From: Microcystis aeruginosa NIES-2549
Lineage (GTDB): Bacteria > Cyanobacteriota > Cyanobacteriia > Cyanobacteriales > Microcystaceae
DNA: 32,000 bases
Reading direction: 5' to 3'
Assembly: GCF_000981785.2 (NCBI RefSeq)
Contig: NZ_CP011304.1
Coordinates: 3,090,001-3,122,000, forward strand
Below, in pieces: positions 1 through 8,296 of the stretch. Position 1 is the stretch's first letter. Each line of letters opens with the position of its first letter. The position numbers and the translations under genes were made by a program. Below the pieces are notes generated by a model that saw only the letters and a program-made list of their open reading frames with translations, was not told the origin of the DNA and searched no databases.

Positions 1-333
1 CATTTCTACTTTCAGGAATAGAGTGGAAGAACATGGAAATTCGCTACCATTTATCTCCTCTTCTCCTGATCTTTCTCGTATGGTCGATATGTACTGAAAG
101 TTTAATTGTCTCTCAATCTTTCTAATAAGTAGTTGGACAAAAGTAAAGTTAACTGTGGGGTGAGGAGCCAGTCGTCAGGAGTCAGTAAGAATTGCGGCAA
201 TTTACATTTTAAGATAGACAACAGAATTTATGTCCGACTACTTAGTTGGGCGCAAGACAAATTCGCCGGAGAAAGAAGTAATCCGGTGCGTTTCGAGACG
301 GGAATAGGGCATCCGTTTTCTGTCAGTACGGGG

Positions 334-708
334 TTAGGCTTCGCTGGTGCGGCGAATACCTTCGTCGAGAATGAAGAACTGAGGGTTAAGAGAGGCCAAC
401 TGCTCTCGCAGCTTTTCGATTTCGGCAGCGGGAGCGTGAACTTCTACGCGAATAATCTTGGCGATTTTGAGAAGTTCGTCTAGCAGTTCCCCGACGTTTT
501 GTAGGTGGGCAAGAACTGCGGAGGCATCGACGTAACCCTCGCGGCAATGAACAATATTACCGCTAAAGGAAAAAGCATAATGGATACAGCCCTCTTCGGT
601 GCGGGTTCTCTCAATGAACTTGGGGCTTAGTTCCTTAAAGGCAGCAATTTTTCCTTCTTGTATTTCAAAGTAGGGTACGAGAGTACAGCAAGTATCGATT
701 TTGAACAT
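334..708 (-). CDS. small ABM-like (dimeric alpha/beta-barrel, antibiotic-biosynthesis-monooxygenase fold) protein
   Basis: 124-aa ORF with an ATG start. Size and sequence pattern (VPYFEI..., IHYAFSF, REGYVDA.A...H) resemble roughly 100-aa ABM/YgiN-type proteins. The + strand ORF 133-483 is its antisense shadow. Confidence 0.5.
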   Translation of the reverse strand: MFKIDTCCTLVPYFEIQEGKIAAFKELSPKFIERTRTEEGCIHYAFSFSGNIVHCREGYVDASAVLAHLQNVGELLDELLKIAKIIRVEVHAPAAEIEKLREQLASLNPQFFILDEGIRRTSEA

Positions 709-903
709 CAGATTCTCCTTCTAGGTGTTGCGGAGGGATATCCCGCGTTTGTGGTGCAGAAAAGGTTATCTCAGGGGTTGTCTAGGCCGTGCGCTCCTAC
801 AGAATAATGCCCTGCTGTCGGGGTGAACGGCTTTCTCACAAAATATAACAGACTTCAGGTCAACCCTTGTGCAACTTTTGGAGAAGTTAAGAAAAAGCGA
901 TCG

Positions 904-1197
904 CTAACTCAAACAAGGTAGAATGAAAAGCTGAATATCATTATCAAGTGCAATCCTCAACTCCCGTTGGATGTATCCCTGTTTATTAGCCGATTTTGCT
1001 GACAGACAGGCGAGAAAAATCTGACTGGCTTTAATCGCTTTCGGAATTTCATCTCGCCAAATTTGACCCGGAATCAGCTCTTTTTTATCCAACCAAGGTT
1101 TATATCCCACTTGCTTAAGGCGGTTATACAGTGCCAAAACTGGTGGTTTATCCTCATTGGCATGGGCCAAGAAAATTTGAATCTTTGACTTCTTCAC
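904..1197 (-). CDS. TIR-domain protein, apparently truncated at the C-terminus (97 aa)
   Basis: Starts IFLAHANEDK (betaA), then KPWLDKKELIPGQIW (betaB/BB loop), IFLACLS (betaC) and GYIQRELRIAL (alphaC with the conserved Glu). It ends right after FILPCLS (betaD) at a TAG that overlaps a HIP1 site. The alphaD-betaE-alphaE part of a normal TIR fold is missing. Confidence 0.6.
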   Translation of the reverse strand: MKKSKIQIFLAHANEDKPPVLALYNRLKQVGYKPWLDKKELIPGQIWRDEIPKAIKASQIFLACLSAKSANKQGYIQRELRIALDNDIQLFILPCLS

Positions 1198-1479
1198 TTT
1201 GGTTTTTACCAGTGTAGCCGCTACTGATTTACTAGGTAACTTAGGAGATTCTGGGGGTTAGAGGTTGGGGGAGTTTCCCTTGTCACCGACTGCAAATGCT
1301 TACTTAACCTGAGTTCGGTTTAAGGGAATTTTGCCATAGCTTGCACGAAAGAATAGGAGTTTTAGGCTACGGTAGCATCAGGGTTTTAGCTTATCCCGAA
1401 CTGAGGTTACTTACTTTTTTCTAAAGTAGTTGAAGCGACAGAAACCCCGCATAAAGCGTTAGCGGCGTGCGTGGGTAGT

Positions 1480-2244
1480 TCATTCGGGTACAGTGAGAAT
1501 TTCGACACCGGTTTCGGTGACGGCGATGGTGTGTTCAAATTGGGCCGAAAGTTTACCATCTTTAGTAATAGCAGTCCAACCGTCTTTTAAGACAATATGT
1601 TGCCAGGTTCCCTCATTAATCATTGGTTCAATGGTGAATACCATGCCGGGGCGAATTTTTTTGCCCTTGCCGCGAATGCCGTAGTGGGGAACCTGTGGAC
1701 CAGTGTGAAAAACATTACTGATACCATGACCGACAAAATCTCTAACCACCGAAAATCCTTGGCCTTCGGCATATTCTTGGATAGCTGCGCCAATATCGCC
1801 GATTCTCCCCCCCGGCTGCACTGCATCTATGCCTCTTTGCAGACATTCTCTGGTAACTTCCACTAACTTTTTGGCCAGGGGGGAGGGAGTACCGACAAAG
1901 AAAGTCTGGGAGGTATCGCCGTGATAACCTTCTAAAATCGGGGTGACATCGATGTTAATAATATCGCCATCTTTGAGGATTTGATCGGCGCTGGGGATGC
2001 CGTGACAGATAACCTCGTTAATGCTAGTACAGATGGACTTAGGAAAGCCGTGGTATCCTAGGGGCGCACTTTTGGCTCCATGGGCGCGAGTCCAACGTTC
2101 TGCTTCATCATTGATTTCTAGGGTACTTACCCCCGGTTTAACCATATCTGCCAGATGATCTAACAGTTTAGCCGCTAATCGTCCGGCTCGTCGCATTTTG
2201 TCAATTTCCCGCGGGGAGAGTAAGGTGATGGTATCGTTGCCCAT
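1480..2244 (-). CDS. map: type I methionine aminopeptidase
   Basis: 254 aa with ATG start. Metal-ligand context is typical of MetAP1 (DIINIDV, FVGHGI, FTIEPM, QFEHT). Confidence 0.95.
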   Translation of the reverse strand: MGNDTITLLSPREIDKMRRAGRLAAKLLDHLADMVKPGVSTLEINDEAERWTRAHGAKSAPLGYHGFPKSICTSINEVICHGIPSADQILKDGDIINIDVTPILEGYHGDTSQTFFVGTPSPLAKKLVEVTRECLQRGIDAVQPGGRIGDIGAAIQEYAEGQGFSVVRDFVGHGISNVFHTGPQVPHYGIRGKGKKIRPGMVFTIEPMINEGTWQHIVLKDGWTAITKDGKLSAQFEHTIAVTETGVEILTVPE

Positions 2245-2323
2245 GAATTATCCGACTGTTGAGAAAGATTCTTGTTACATTTCTTATCCTACCAAAATCG
2301 GGCAGTCTTAGGGTTTAGGGAGT

Positions 2324-2421
2324 GGGGTGTGGGGTGTAGGGTGTAGGGTGTAGGGTGTGGGGTGTAGGGTGTAGGGTGTAGGGTGTAGGGTGTAGGGTGT
2401 AGGGTGTAGGGTGTAGGGTGT
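2324..2421. repeat. tandem heptamer array (GGGGTGT/AGGGTGT) x14
   Basis: Fourteen contiguous 7-bp units read directly from the sequence. ORF 2308-2496 (PTPYTLH repeats) is just its translation. Confidence 0.95.
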
Positions 2422-2443
2422 GGGGAGAATAAATAAAAATAAT

Positions 2444-2579
2444 CTCCTGTCTCCTGTCTCCTGACTACTGATAACTGATAACTGATAACTGATCACTGAT
2501 AACTGATAACTGATAACTGATAACTGATAACTGATAACTGACTACTGATAACTGATAACTGATAACTGATAACTGATAA
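2444..2579. repeat. tandem heptamer arrays: (CTCCTGT)x3 followed by about 16 units of CTGATAA type
   Basis: Direct reading. Variants CTGATCA and CTGACTA are interspersed. The array ends 6 nt from the pstB stop codon (2586-2588). Confidence 0.95.
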
Positions 2580-2585
2580 GAGAAA

Positions 2586-3395
2586 TTAACCGAATCTACC
2601 GGCTACATAATCGCGAGTTTGTTGATTAACTGCATCGGTGAAAATTTTCTGGGTGGTGTCAAATTCCACCAAACGACCGACACGGGTTTCATCGGCATTA
2701 AAAAAGGCCGTGCGATCGGATACTCTAGAGGCCTGTTGCATATTATGGGTGACAATGACGATCGTGTATTGTTCTTTCAATTCATGGATTAATTCCTCGA
2801 CTTTGAGGGTAGAAAGAGGGTCTAAAGCAGAACAAGGTTCATCCATTAATAATACTTTTGGTTTTACTGCTAAAGCGCGAGCAATACACAATCTTTGTTG
2901 TTGTCCCCCCGATAATCCTAAAGCAGATTTATTCAACAGATCTTTAACTTCATTCCAAAGAGCAGCTCCTTTTAAAGCTGATTCCACAATCCCATCTAAT
3001 TCACTGCGACTAGCGGAACGATAAATTCTAATACCATAGGCAATATTATCGTAAATAGTAGCGGGAAAAGGGTTAGGGCGCTGAAACACCATACCCACCT
3101 GTCGCCGTAAGGTATGAAGGTTAACTTTGGGGGCGTAGATATCTTGACCAAAAAACCTAACTTTCCCTTTAACTGTCACTTGCCCCTCTAATTCCCCGAT
3201 ACGATTGAGAGCTTTTAAGAGAGTAGATTTACCACAACCAGAGGGGCCGATCATGGCGGTTACTTGCCTTTGCGGGATTTCTAAAGAAACACCTTCCAGG
3301 GCTTTTTTGCTACCGTAGAAAAAGCTAAGATTTTCGACTTTGATCGCCGAATTAGCTAGAGACGTAGGATTGTTCATGATAGAGGAATCGATCAT
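2586..3395 (-). CDS. pstB: phosphate ABC transporter ATP-binding protein
   Basis: Walker [10 protein letters not shown], signature [14 protein letters not shown], Walker [13 protein letters not shown] and the PstB-typical THNMQQA. An alternative ATG lies at 3377. Confidence 0.95.
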   Translation of the reverse strand: MIDSSIMNNPTSLANSAIKVENLSFFYGSKKALEGVSLEIPQRQVTAMIGPSGCGKSTLLKALNRIGELEGQVTVKGKVRFFGQDIYAPKVNLHTLRRQVGMVFQRPNPFPATIYDNIAYGIRIYRSASRSELDGIVESALKGAALWNEVKDLLNKSALGLSGGQQQRLCIARALAVKPKVLLMDEPCSALDPLSTLKVEELIHELKEQYTIVIVTHNMQQASRVSDRTAFFNADETRVGRLVEFDTTQKIFTDAVNQQTRDYVAGRFG

Positions 3396-3406
3396 CAGAA
3401 AAATAC

Positions 3407-4291
3407 TTAATTTGAGCGTTTACGAGTAACAAAACGGGAGAGAAGGCTAGTAATTAAAACTAAGATAATTAGGACTAAAGAAGCTGTCCAAGCCAAGGAA
3501 TTTTGTTCAGGAAAGGGGGAACTAGCATAGTTATAAATCAACACCGTTAAAGCCGGTGTGGGCGACCAAAGACTTTCTTGCCAAAATTGACTAAATAAAG
3601 CCGTAAACATTAAGGGGGCGGTTTCTCCAGCGGCCCGGGCCACCGCTAATAATATCCCGGTCATAATCGGTGCGATCGCTGCTGGTAGGACAATGCGAAA
3701 TACCGTATCGAAACGGGAACCCCCCAAAGCGGAGGAGCCGAGACGGTAGGATATGGGTATTAGTTTTAGTGCCTCTTCCGTGGTTAAAGCGATGATCGGC
3801 AACATGATCACCCCCAAAGCAAACGCCCCCGCCACGGCGGAAAATTGTTTGGTAGTTAACACCAAAACCCCGAAAGAAAACACCCCGACGATGACGGAAG
3901 GGGTACTACTCAACACCACGATCGCAAAGCGCAGAATCCCACCAATTTTGGAACCCCGAGCGAATTCCGAGAGAAAAACCCCAGTGAGAATCCCCAGAGG
4001 TATGCTGCCCAGGGATGCTAAACCGACCATAGTTAAAGTACCCACGATCGCATTAGCGAAACCATTGGGAACACTAGGATCGGAGCCAACCGGGGCGGGT
4101 AAAGAGGTGAAAACTTGCCAATTGAATCCGGGTAAACCTTCTTTGACAATTTGAAAGAGGATAGCGAATAAAGGCAGAATGGCGATGGCACTAAGAGCGA
4201 TCGCTAAACCCGTGAGACCGTTGGTAAAAAAATGTCGCCACGGTGACAGGGGTTGCTGTAAATCTTCTTCGGGAAAAGCTCCTTGGCTCAT
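3407..4291 (-). CDS. pstA: phosphate ABC transporter permease PstA
   Basis: 294-aa multi-pass membrane protein with an EAA-type loop ([21 protein letters not shown]). It sits between pstC and pstB, 11 nt upstream of pstB. Confidence 0.9.
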   Translation of the reverse strand: MSQGAFPEEDLQQPLSPWRHFFTNGLTGLAIALSAIAILPLFAILFQIVKEGLPGFNWQVFTSLPAPVGSDPSVPNGFANAIVGTLTMVGLASLGSIPLGILTGVFLSEFARGSKIGGILRFAIVVLSSTPSVIVGVFSFGVLVLTTKQFSAVAGAFALGVIMLPIIALTTEEALKLIPISYRLGSSALGGSRFDTVFRIVLPAAIAPIMTGILLAVARAAGETAPLMFTALFSQFWQESLWSPTPALTVLIYNYASSPFPEQNSLAWTASLVLIILVLITSLLSRFVTRKRSN

Positions 4292-4295
4292 AAAA

Positions 4296-5270
4296 TTAAC
4301 GATTGCGGTTGATAAATTGTACTAATAAAGCCGCTACACTATTGACGGCCAAGGTAATAACAAATAGAATCAAAGCTAGATACATCAAGGCTCCGATGTG
4401 GATTTTTTCAAAAGCTTCTGGGAAGGTATTGGCTAGTACAGCAGGAATAGTATAACCGGGGGCCAAGAGGGAGGGACTAATAATCGAGGAGTTACCGATT
4501 ACCATGGCCACCGCCATAGTTTCCCCTAAAGCGCGCCCTAAACCGAGGATAATCGCCCCGATAATACCGGAACTGGCCGCCGGCAACAGCACGCGCCAGA
4601 TGGTTTCCCAACGAGTGGCACCTAGGGCCATGGAGGCGCTGCGTAATTCAGAGGGGACGGTAAGCAAGACATCGCGACTGATAGCAGAAATAGTCGGCAC
4701 GATCATGATCGCTAGGATCACACCGGCGATCAGCATACTTGGTCCCAAAGGTTGGGTATTAAATAAAGGGAACCAAGCAAAATTTTGAAATAACCATTCT
4801 TGCAGGGGTTTAAGCACGGGAATTAGCACAAAAATCCCCCATAACCCGATAATTACACTAGGAATCGAGGCAATTAATTCTACTAGAAAACCGATGGGAT
4901 AACGGATACTTGCTGGCAAATAATTCTCGCTAGTGGTTAAAGCAACGGCAACACTGAGGGGAATAGCTAATAAAAGAGCCAGAATCGAGGAAACAACGGA
5001 ACCGAAAATAAAGGGTAAACCACCAAATTTGAGGACGTTCACATCCCAAGTGGTTCCCCAGAGAAATCCCCAACCGAATTCATTGATCGCCGGCCGCGCA
5101 TCCTGAAAAACAATCCAGGCCATCCAGAGCAGAAAAATTAAACCAGAGGCGGCACAAATCCAGACTAAGACAGTAAAAATGCGATCAAATAAACCCGCAG
5201 CGCCGGGGTTTTCGTTAAGATTGGCCGCCGAGACATCCAAGTACTCGACAGGTTCAGAAAAATTGGCCAT
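4296..5270 (-). CDS. pstC: phosphate ABC transporter permease PstC
   Basis: 324 aa with EAA loop ASMALGATRWETIWRVLLPAA. The gap to pstA is 4 nt. Confidence 0.9.
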   Translation of the reverse strand: MANFSEPVEYLDVSAANLNENPGAAGLFDRIFTVLVWICAASGLIFLLWMAWIVFQDARPAINEFGWGFLWGTTWDVNVLKFGGLPFIFGSVVSSILALLLAIPLSVAVALTTSENYLPASIRYPIGFLVELIASIPSVIIGLWGIFVLIPVLKPLQEWLFQNFAWFPLFNTQPLGPSMLIAGVILAIMIVPTISAISRDVLLTVPSELRSASMALGATRWETIWRVLLPAASSGIIGAIILGLGRALGETMAVAMVIGNSSIISPSLLAPGYTIPAVLANTFPEAFEKIHIGALMYLALILFVITLAVNSVAALLVQFINRNR

Positions 5271-5319
5271 AAGGTAGAGAGCGATTACCAGTTATCAGTT
5301 GTTTAGAATGCAACTGTAG

Positions 5320-5340
5320 GGGCTGAACATTGTTCAGCCC
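5320..5340 (-). other. intercistronic hairpin between pstS and pstC
   Basis: GGGCTGAAC-att-GTTCAGCCC, a perfect 9-bp stem. No U-tract follows on either strand. Confidence 0.6.
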
Positions 5341-5445
5341 ACAGAAAAGAAATACTTGCAGTTATTAGTTATGGACTTAACCGGTAACTTTTTTCCATCT
5401 TACTGGAAAGCGGTGACAATCAAGCTTAAACTAATACAAGAGTAT

Positions 5446-6459
5446 TTATTTAATTTTATTAACTTCGGCTAAAACTCTTTGAGTCACCGATTGGGGAATC
5501 CGAGTAAATTCCAATTGATTGTTAATACCTTGACCGGTGGTGAGAATCCAAGTCAACAGTCTTTTAATTTCCGCCGCTTTTTTGTTATCAGCGTAGTCTT
5601 TCGGTACTAATAACCAAGTAATCCCGACGATCGGATAACCACTGCTCGGATCGTCCATATTAGCGGTAAAATCGGCGTTAAATTTGATCCCTTCCATCGC
5701 CTTGTTAGCTTGGGCGAGACTGGGTTCGACAAATTGACCGGCTTTATTCTGAACTTTGGCGGTTCTCATGGTTGCCCCTTCATTTTTGCGGGCAAAGGTA
5801 TCTTGAACGTAACCGATCGAGCCTTCTGTTTGTTTAACCAGGGCCGCCACACCATCATTTTTCGGTCCTTTGAGAACGGTAAAACCCCAGTTCGGTTCTT
5901 TGCTGGTTCCCACCTTACTTTTGAAGGAAGGACTAATCGCACTCAGGTGAGAGGTAAAAATCTCGGTAGTACCGCTACCATCAGCCCTAACCACCACTTT
6001 AATGGGTCGGTTGGGCAGTTTCGGATCCACTTGTCTCCAGTTAGTGATCTCGCCACTGAAGATTTTACCGAGGTTAGCCCTGGAAATTTGCAGGTTATTT
6101 ACCCCCGGCAAATTATAAACCACGGCGACGGCTCCCCCGGCGGTGGGAACCAGCAGTAAACCGTTTTTCATCTGGCTTTTTTCCGAGGAGGAAGGAGCGG
6201 CATCGGAAGCGCCAAAATCGACCGTTCCGGCGATAAATTGCCGGACACCGGCACCGCTACCGACGGAATTATAGTTAACGGTGACACCGGTGGCGTTTTT
6301 ATAGTCGGCAAAATAACGCTGGTATAGGGGCGCGGGAAAGGAGGCTCCTGCACCGTTCAGGGTTTGGGCGAAAGCTTCTCCCATCGTCCCTGCTAAGGCC
6401 GCTGCCGTGGCGAAGGAGACAGCACACACACGAGTTAGGGTAGCAGTTGAGAATATCAT
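5446..6459 (-). CDS. pstS: periplasmic phosphate-binding protein PstS
   Basis: Motifs NGAGASFPAPLYQ, GSGAGVRQF, DFGASD and RADGSGTT. The track ORF starts at a TTG (6513). I prefer the ATG at 6459, which gives a signal peptide MIFSTATLTRVCAVSFATAAALAG. Confidence 0.9.
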   Translation of the reverse strand: MIFSTATLTRVCAVSFATAAALAGTMGEAFAQTLNGAGASFPAPLYQRYFADYKNATGVTVNYNSVGSGAGVRQFIAGTVDFGASDAAPSSSEKSQMKNGLLLVPTAGGAVAVVYNLPGVNNLQISRANLGKIFSGEITNWRQVDPKLPNRPIKVVVRADGSGTTEIFTSHLSAISPSFKSKVGTSKEPNWGFTVLKGPKNDGVAALVKQTEGSIGYVQDTFARKNEGATMRTAKVQNKAGQFVEPSLAQANKAMEGIKFNADFTANMDDPSSGYPIVGITWLLVPKDYADNKKAAEIKRLLTWILTTGQGINNQLEFTRIPQSVTQRVLAEVNKIK

Positions 6460-6569
6460 AAGTTTTCCGGTTGAAGAATCCTGCACAATTGGAGAAAGTT
6501 GAACTTTCTTCAAGATATAGTTTAAGGCACAAATATTACTTTTAAATCTAGAAATATTTGCGATTTTTT

Positions 6570-6610
6570 TGGTTAAGATTGGGTAAAATTTTGGTTAAGT
6601 TTAATTTAAA
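6570..6610 (-). promoter_or_regulatory. candidate Pho box (SphR/PhoB-type binding repeats) for pstS
   Basis: On the minus strand the sequence reads TTTAAATT-aaa-CTTAACCA-aaa-TTTTACCC-aat-CTTAACCA. These are 8-bp units on an exact 11-bp register matching the cyanobacterial consensus PyTTAAPyPy(T/A). A TAGATT -10 candidate (6545-6550) lies 19 nt downstream. Confidence 0.55.
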
Positions 6611-6943
6611 AAATCCACAGCTTTTAGCAACAATTTAGATCGATCAAGACCAAAATCCATTGTATCTATTCAAGGATGAAATCTTAATTTAAAGCATCTG
6701 TTGGGGAGAAATTGCCCAGACAAAGCTTTTTATCTAGGGCTTGCTGAATAAACCTAAAAATCTTGGCTCTCCCAGCTTTGGTGGGTAAAATGTATTCTAA
6801 GATACATTTCTCCTAGCGAGGGGGTGGAACGAACCACAAAGACACAAAGGACACAAAGATCGATCGATCATATTGTAAGTTAAACTTATCACACAGAACC
6901 TAGAAGAGCCAAATCTTGTTGGATAAGGCTTTTAGACTTTACG

Positions 6944-6988
6944 CCCCACACCCCACACCCCACACCCCACACCCCACACCCCACACCC
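6944..6988. repeat. (CCCCACA)x6 + CCC tandem heptamer array, G-rich on the minus strand
   Basis: Direct reading. It is the reverse complement of the GGGGTGT unit of the 2324-2421 array. Confidence 0.95.
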
Positions 6989-7173
6989 TGCCACCACCGA
7001 AAAACTTTTTCAGCAGCCCCTATCTAGGTGTGTGAAGGCAAACAGGGCCACCGCTGCTTTTCGATACTGTTAAGTTTGTTATCTTTTTGGTAGAATTTTT
7101 ACATCAAATCAATTTTTTTTGAAATGATGGAGAGAGATTTTTCTGACTCCCAGAAAAGCAAGGGGATGGATAA

Positions 7174-8190
7174 ATGCTGATAAATCTCGATAAATTGCTC
7201 AAAAAGGCTCTTATTTTTGTTAGTGCTGGTGTTTTAGTTGCTTGCGCTCCCGTTGACTCCCAATCAAATAAATCAATTATTATTGATGGGTCTAGCACCG
7301 TTTACCCGATCACCAAGGCTGTCGCCGATGAATACAAAAAACAAAAACAGCCGTCTGCGGATATAAGCGTCAACTTTTCGGGTACTACTGGCGGATTTCG
7401 GCAGTTTTGCGCTGGAAAAACCGATATTAGCAATGCTTCGCGACCGATTCGCAGCGATGAGATCGAAGCCTGTAATCGGAATAACATTAGATTTATCGAA
7501 TTGCCGATCGCCTTTGATGCGCTCACCATCGCAGTCAATAAAGAAAACAATTGGATTGATAGCATCACTTTAGAGGAATTAAAAAAAATCTGGGAACCTG
7601 CGGCCCAGGGTAAAATTACCAAGTGGAGTCAGGTGCGATCGGGATTGCCGGATAAACCTCTCAATCTCTTTGGTGCGGGCAAAGATTCGGGAACTTTCGA
7701 TTATTTTACGGAAGCGGTGGTAGGAGAAGAAGATGTTAGCCGCAGCGATTACGTTGCCAGTGAAGATGACGACACTTTAATCCAAGGAGTTAGTCAAGAT
7801 GCCAATGCCCTAGGATATTTTGGTCTAGCTTACTACGAAAAACAAGCGGCGAACTTAAAAGCCTTAGCAATAGACAGTGGTAAAGGGGCTGTTTTGCCCT
7901 CCCGGGAAACGGTGCTACAATCCACCTATCAACCCTTAGCCCGTCCTTTATTTATCTACGTTAACGCCCAAAAAGCCCAGTCTAATAAGGATTTACAGCG
8001 TTTTGTCGAGTATTATCTCAGTCAAGCTCAAAATATCGTTCAAGAGGTCGGTTATATTCCCCTGAGCGGTGAGCATTATCATTTAGCCAAGGTCACTTTC
8101 TTTAACGGGGAAGCGGGAACAGTTTTCGGGGGACACTCAAAATTCGATGTGACTTTAGCCGAATTACTGCGCCAGAAAGCCAAGTTTTAG
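7174..8190 (+). CDS. sphX: SphX-like PstS-family phosphate-binding lipoprotein
   Basis: 338 aa with a lipobox LVAC near the N-terminus. IDGSSTVYPIT, FSGTTGGF, ISNASRPI and RPLFIYVN are typical of the PBP-like-2/SphX branch. It is divergent from pstS. TAGAAT (7091-7096) is a possible -10. Confidence 0.75.
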   Translation: MLINLDKLLKKALIFVSAGVLVACAPVDSQSNKSIIIDGSSTVYPITKAVADEYKKQKQPSADISVNFSGTTGGFRQFCAGKTDISNASRPIRSDEIEACNRNNIRFIELPIAFDALTIAVNKENNWIDSITLEELKKIWEPAAQGKITKWSQVRSGLPDKPLNLFGAGKDSGTFDYFTEAVVGEEDVSRSDYVASEDDDTLIQGVSQDANALGYFGLAYYEKQAANLKALAIDSGKGAVLPSRETVLQSTYQPLARPLFIYVNAQKAQSNKDLQRFVEYYLSQAQNIVQEVGYIPLSGEHYHLAKVTFFNGEAGTVFGGHSKFDVTLAELLRQKAKF

Positions 8191-8199
8191 AAACTTAAA

Positions 8200-8224
8200 A
8201 TAGGGTGAGATTAACTCACCCTAT
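8200..8224. terminator. bidirectional rho-independent terminator between convergent genes
   Basis: ATAGGGTGAG-attaa-CTCACCCTAT (10-bp stem). It is followed by CAACTTTTATTT on the + strand and by TTTT on the minus strand. Confidence 0.65.
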
Positions 8225-8296
8225 CAACTTTTATTTATGCTGCGGGAATAAAGCTAAAATTCTTGGGTTTGCTTCCTTTTTCTTGAGAAGAGGCAT

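Noticed and set aside
1-97. Open frame running in from the left edge to a TGA at 95-97
   Set aside because: Only 31 codons are visible and there is no recognisable motif, so a CDS call cannot be supported.
133-483. 116-aa + strand ORF
   Set aside because: It lies antisense to, and largely overlaps, the better-supported ABM-like gene (334-708). It has no recognisable motifs and is probably a shadow ORF.
766-1480. TIR ORF as the core of a novel anti-phage defence system
   Set aside because: It is a single, apparently truncated TIR ORF with no sensor or effector partner, no mobile-element context, and housekeeping neighbours. The evidence is insufficient for a system-level claim.
2308-2496. 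62-aa ORF with PTPYTLH repeats
   Set aside because: It is simply the translation of the GGGTGTA heptamer array, not a gene.
6716-6940. Possible degenerate MITE in the pstS/sphX spacer (TTGGCTCT...AGAGCCAA arms, CACAAAG-type short repeats at about 6833-6860)
   Set aside because: The inverted arms are short and imperfect. I could not define ends or a second copy in the window.
7068-7085. Possible Pho box upstream of sphX (TGTTAAGT / TGTTATCT)
   Set aside because: The two TTAA/TTAT units are 9 bp apart rather than 11, both violate the flanking pyrimidine positions, and there is no third unit.
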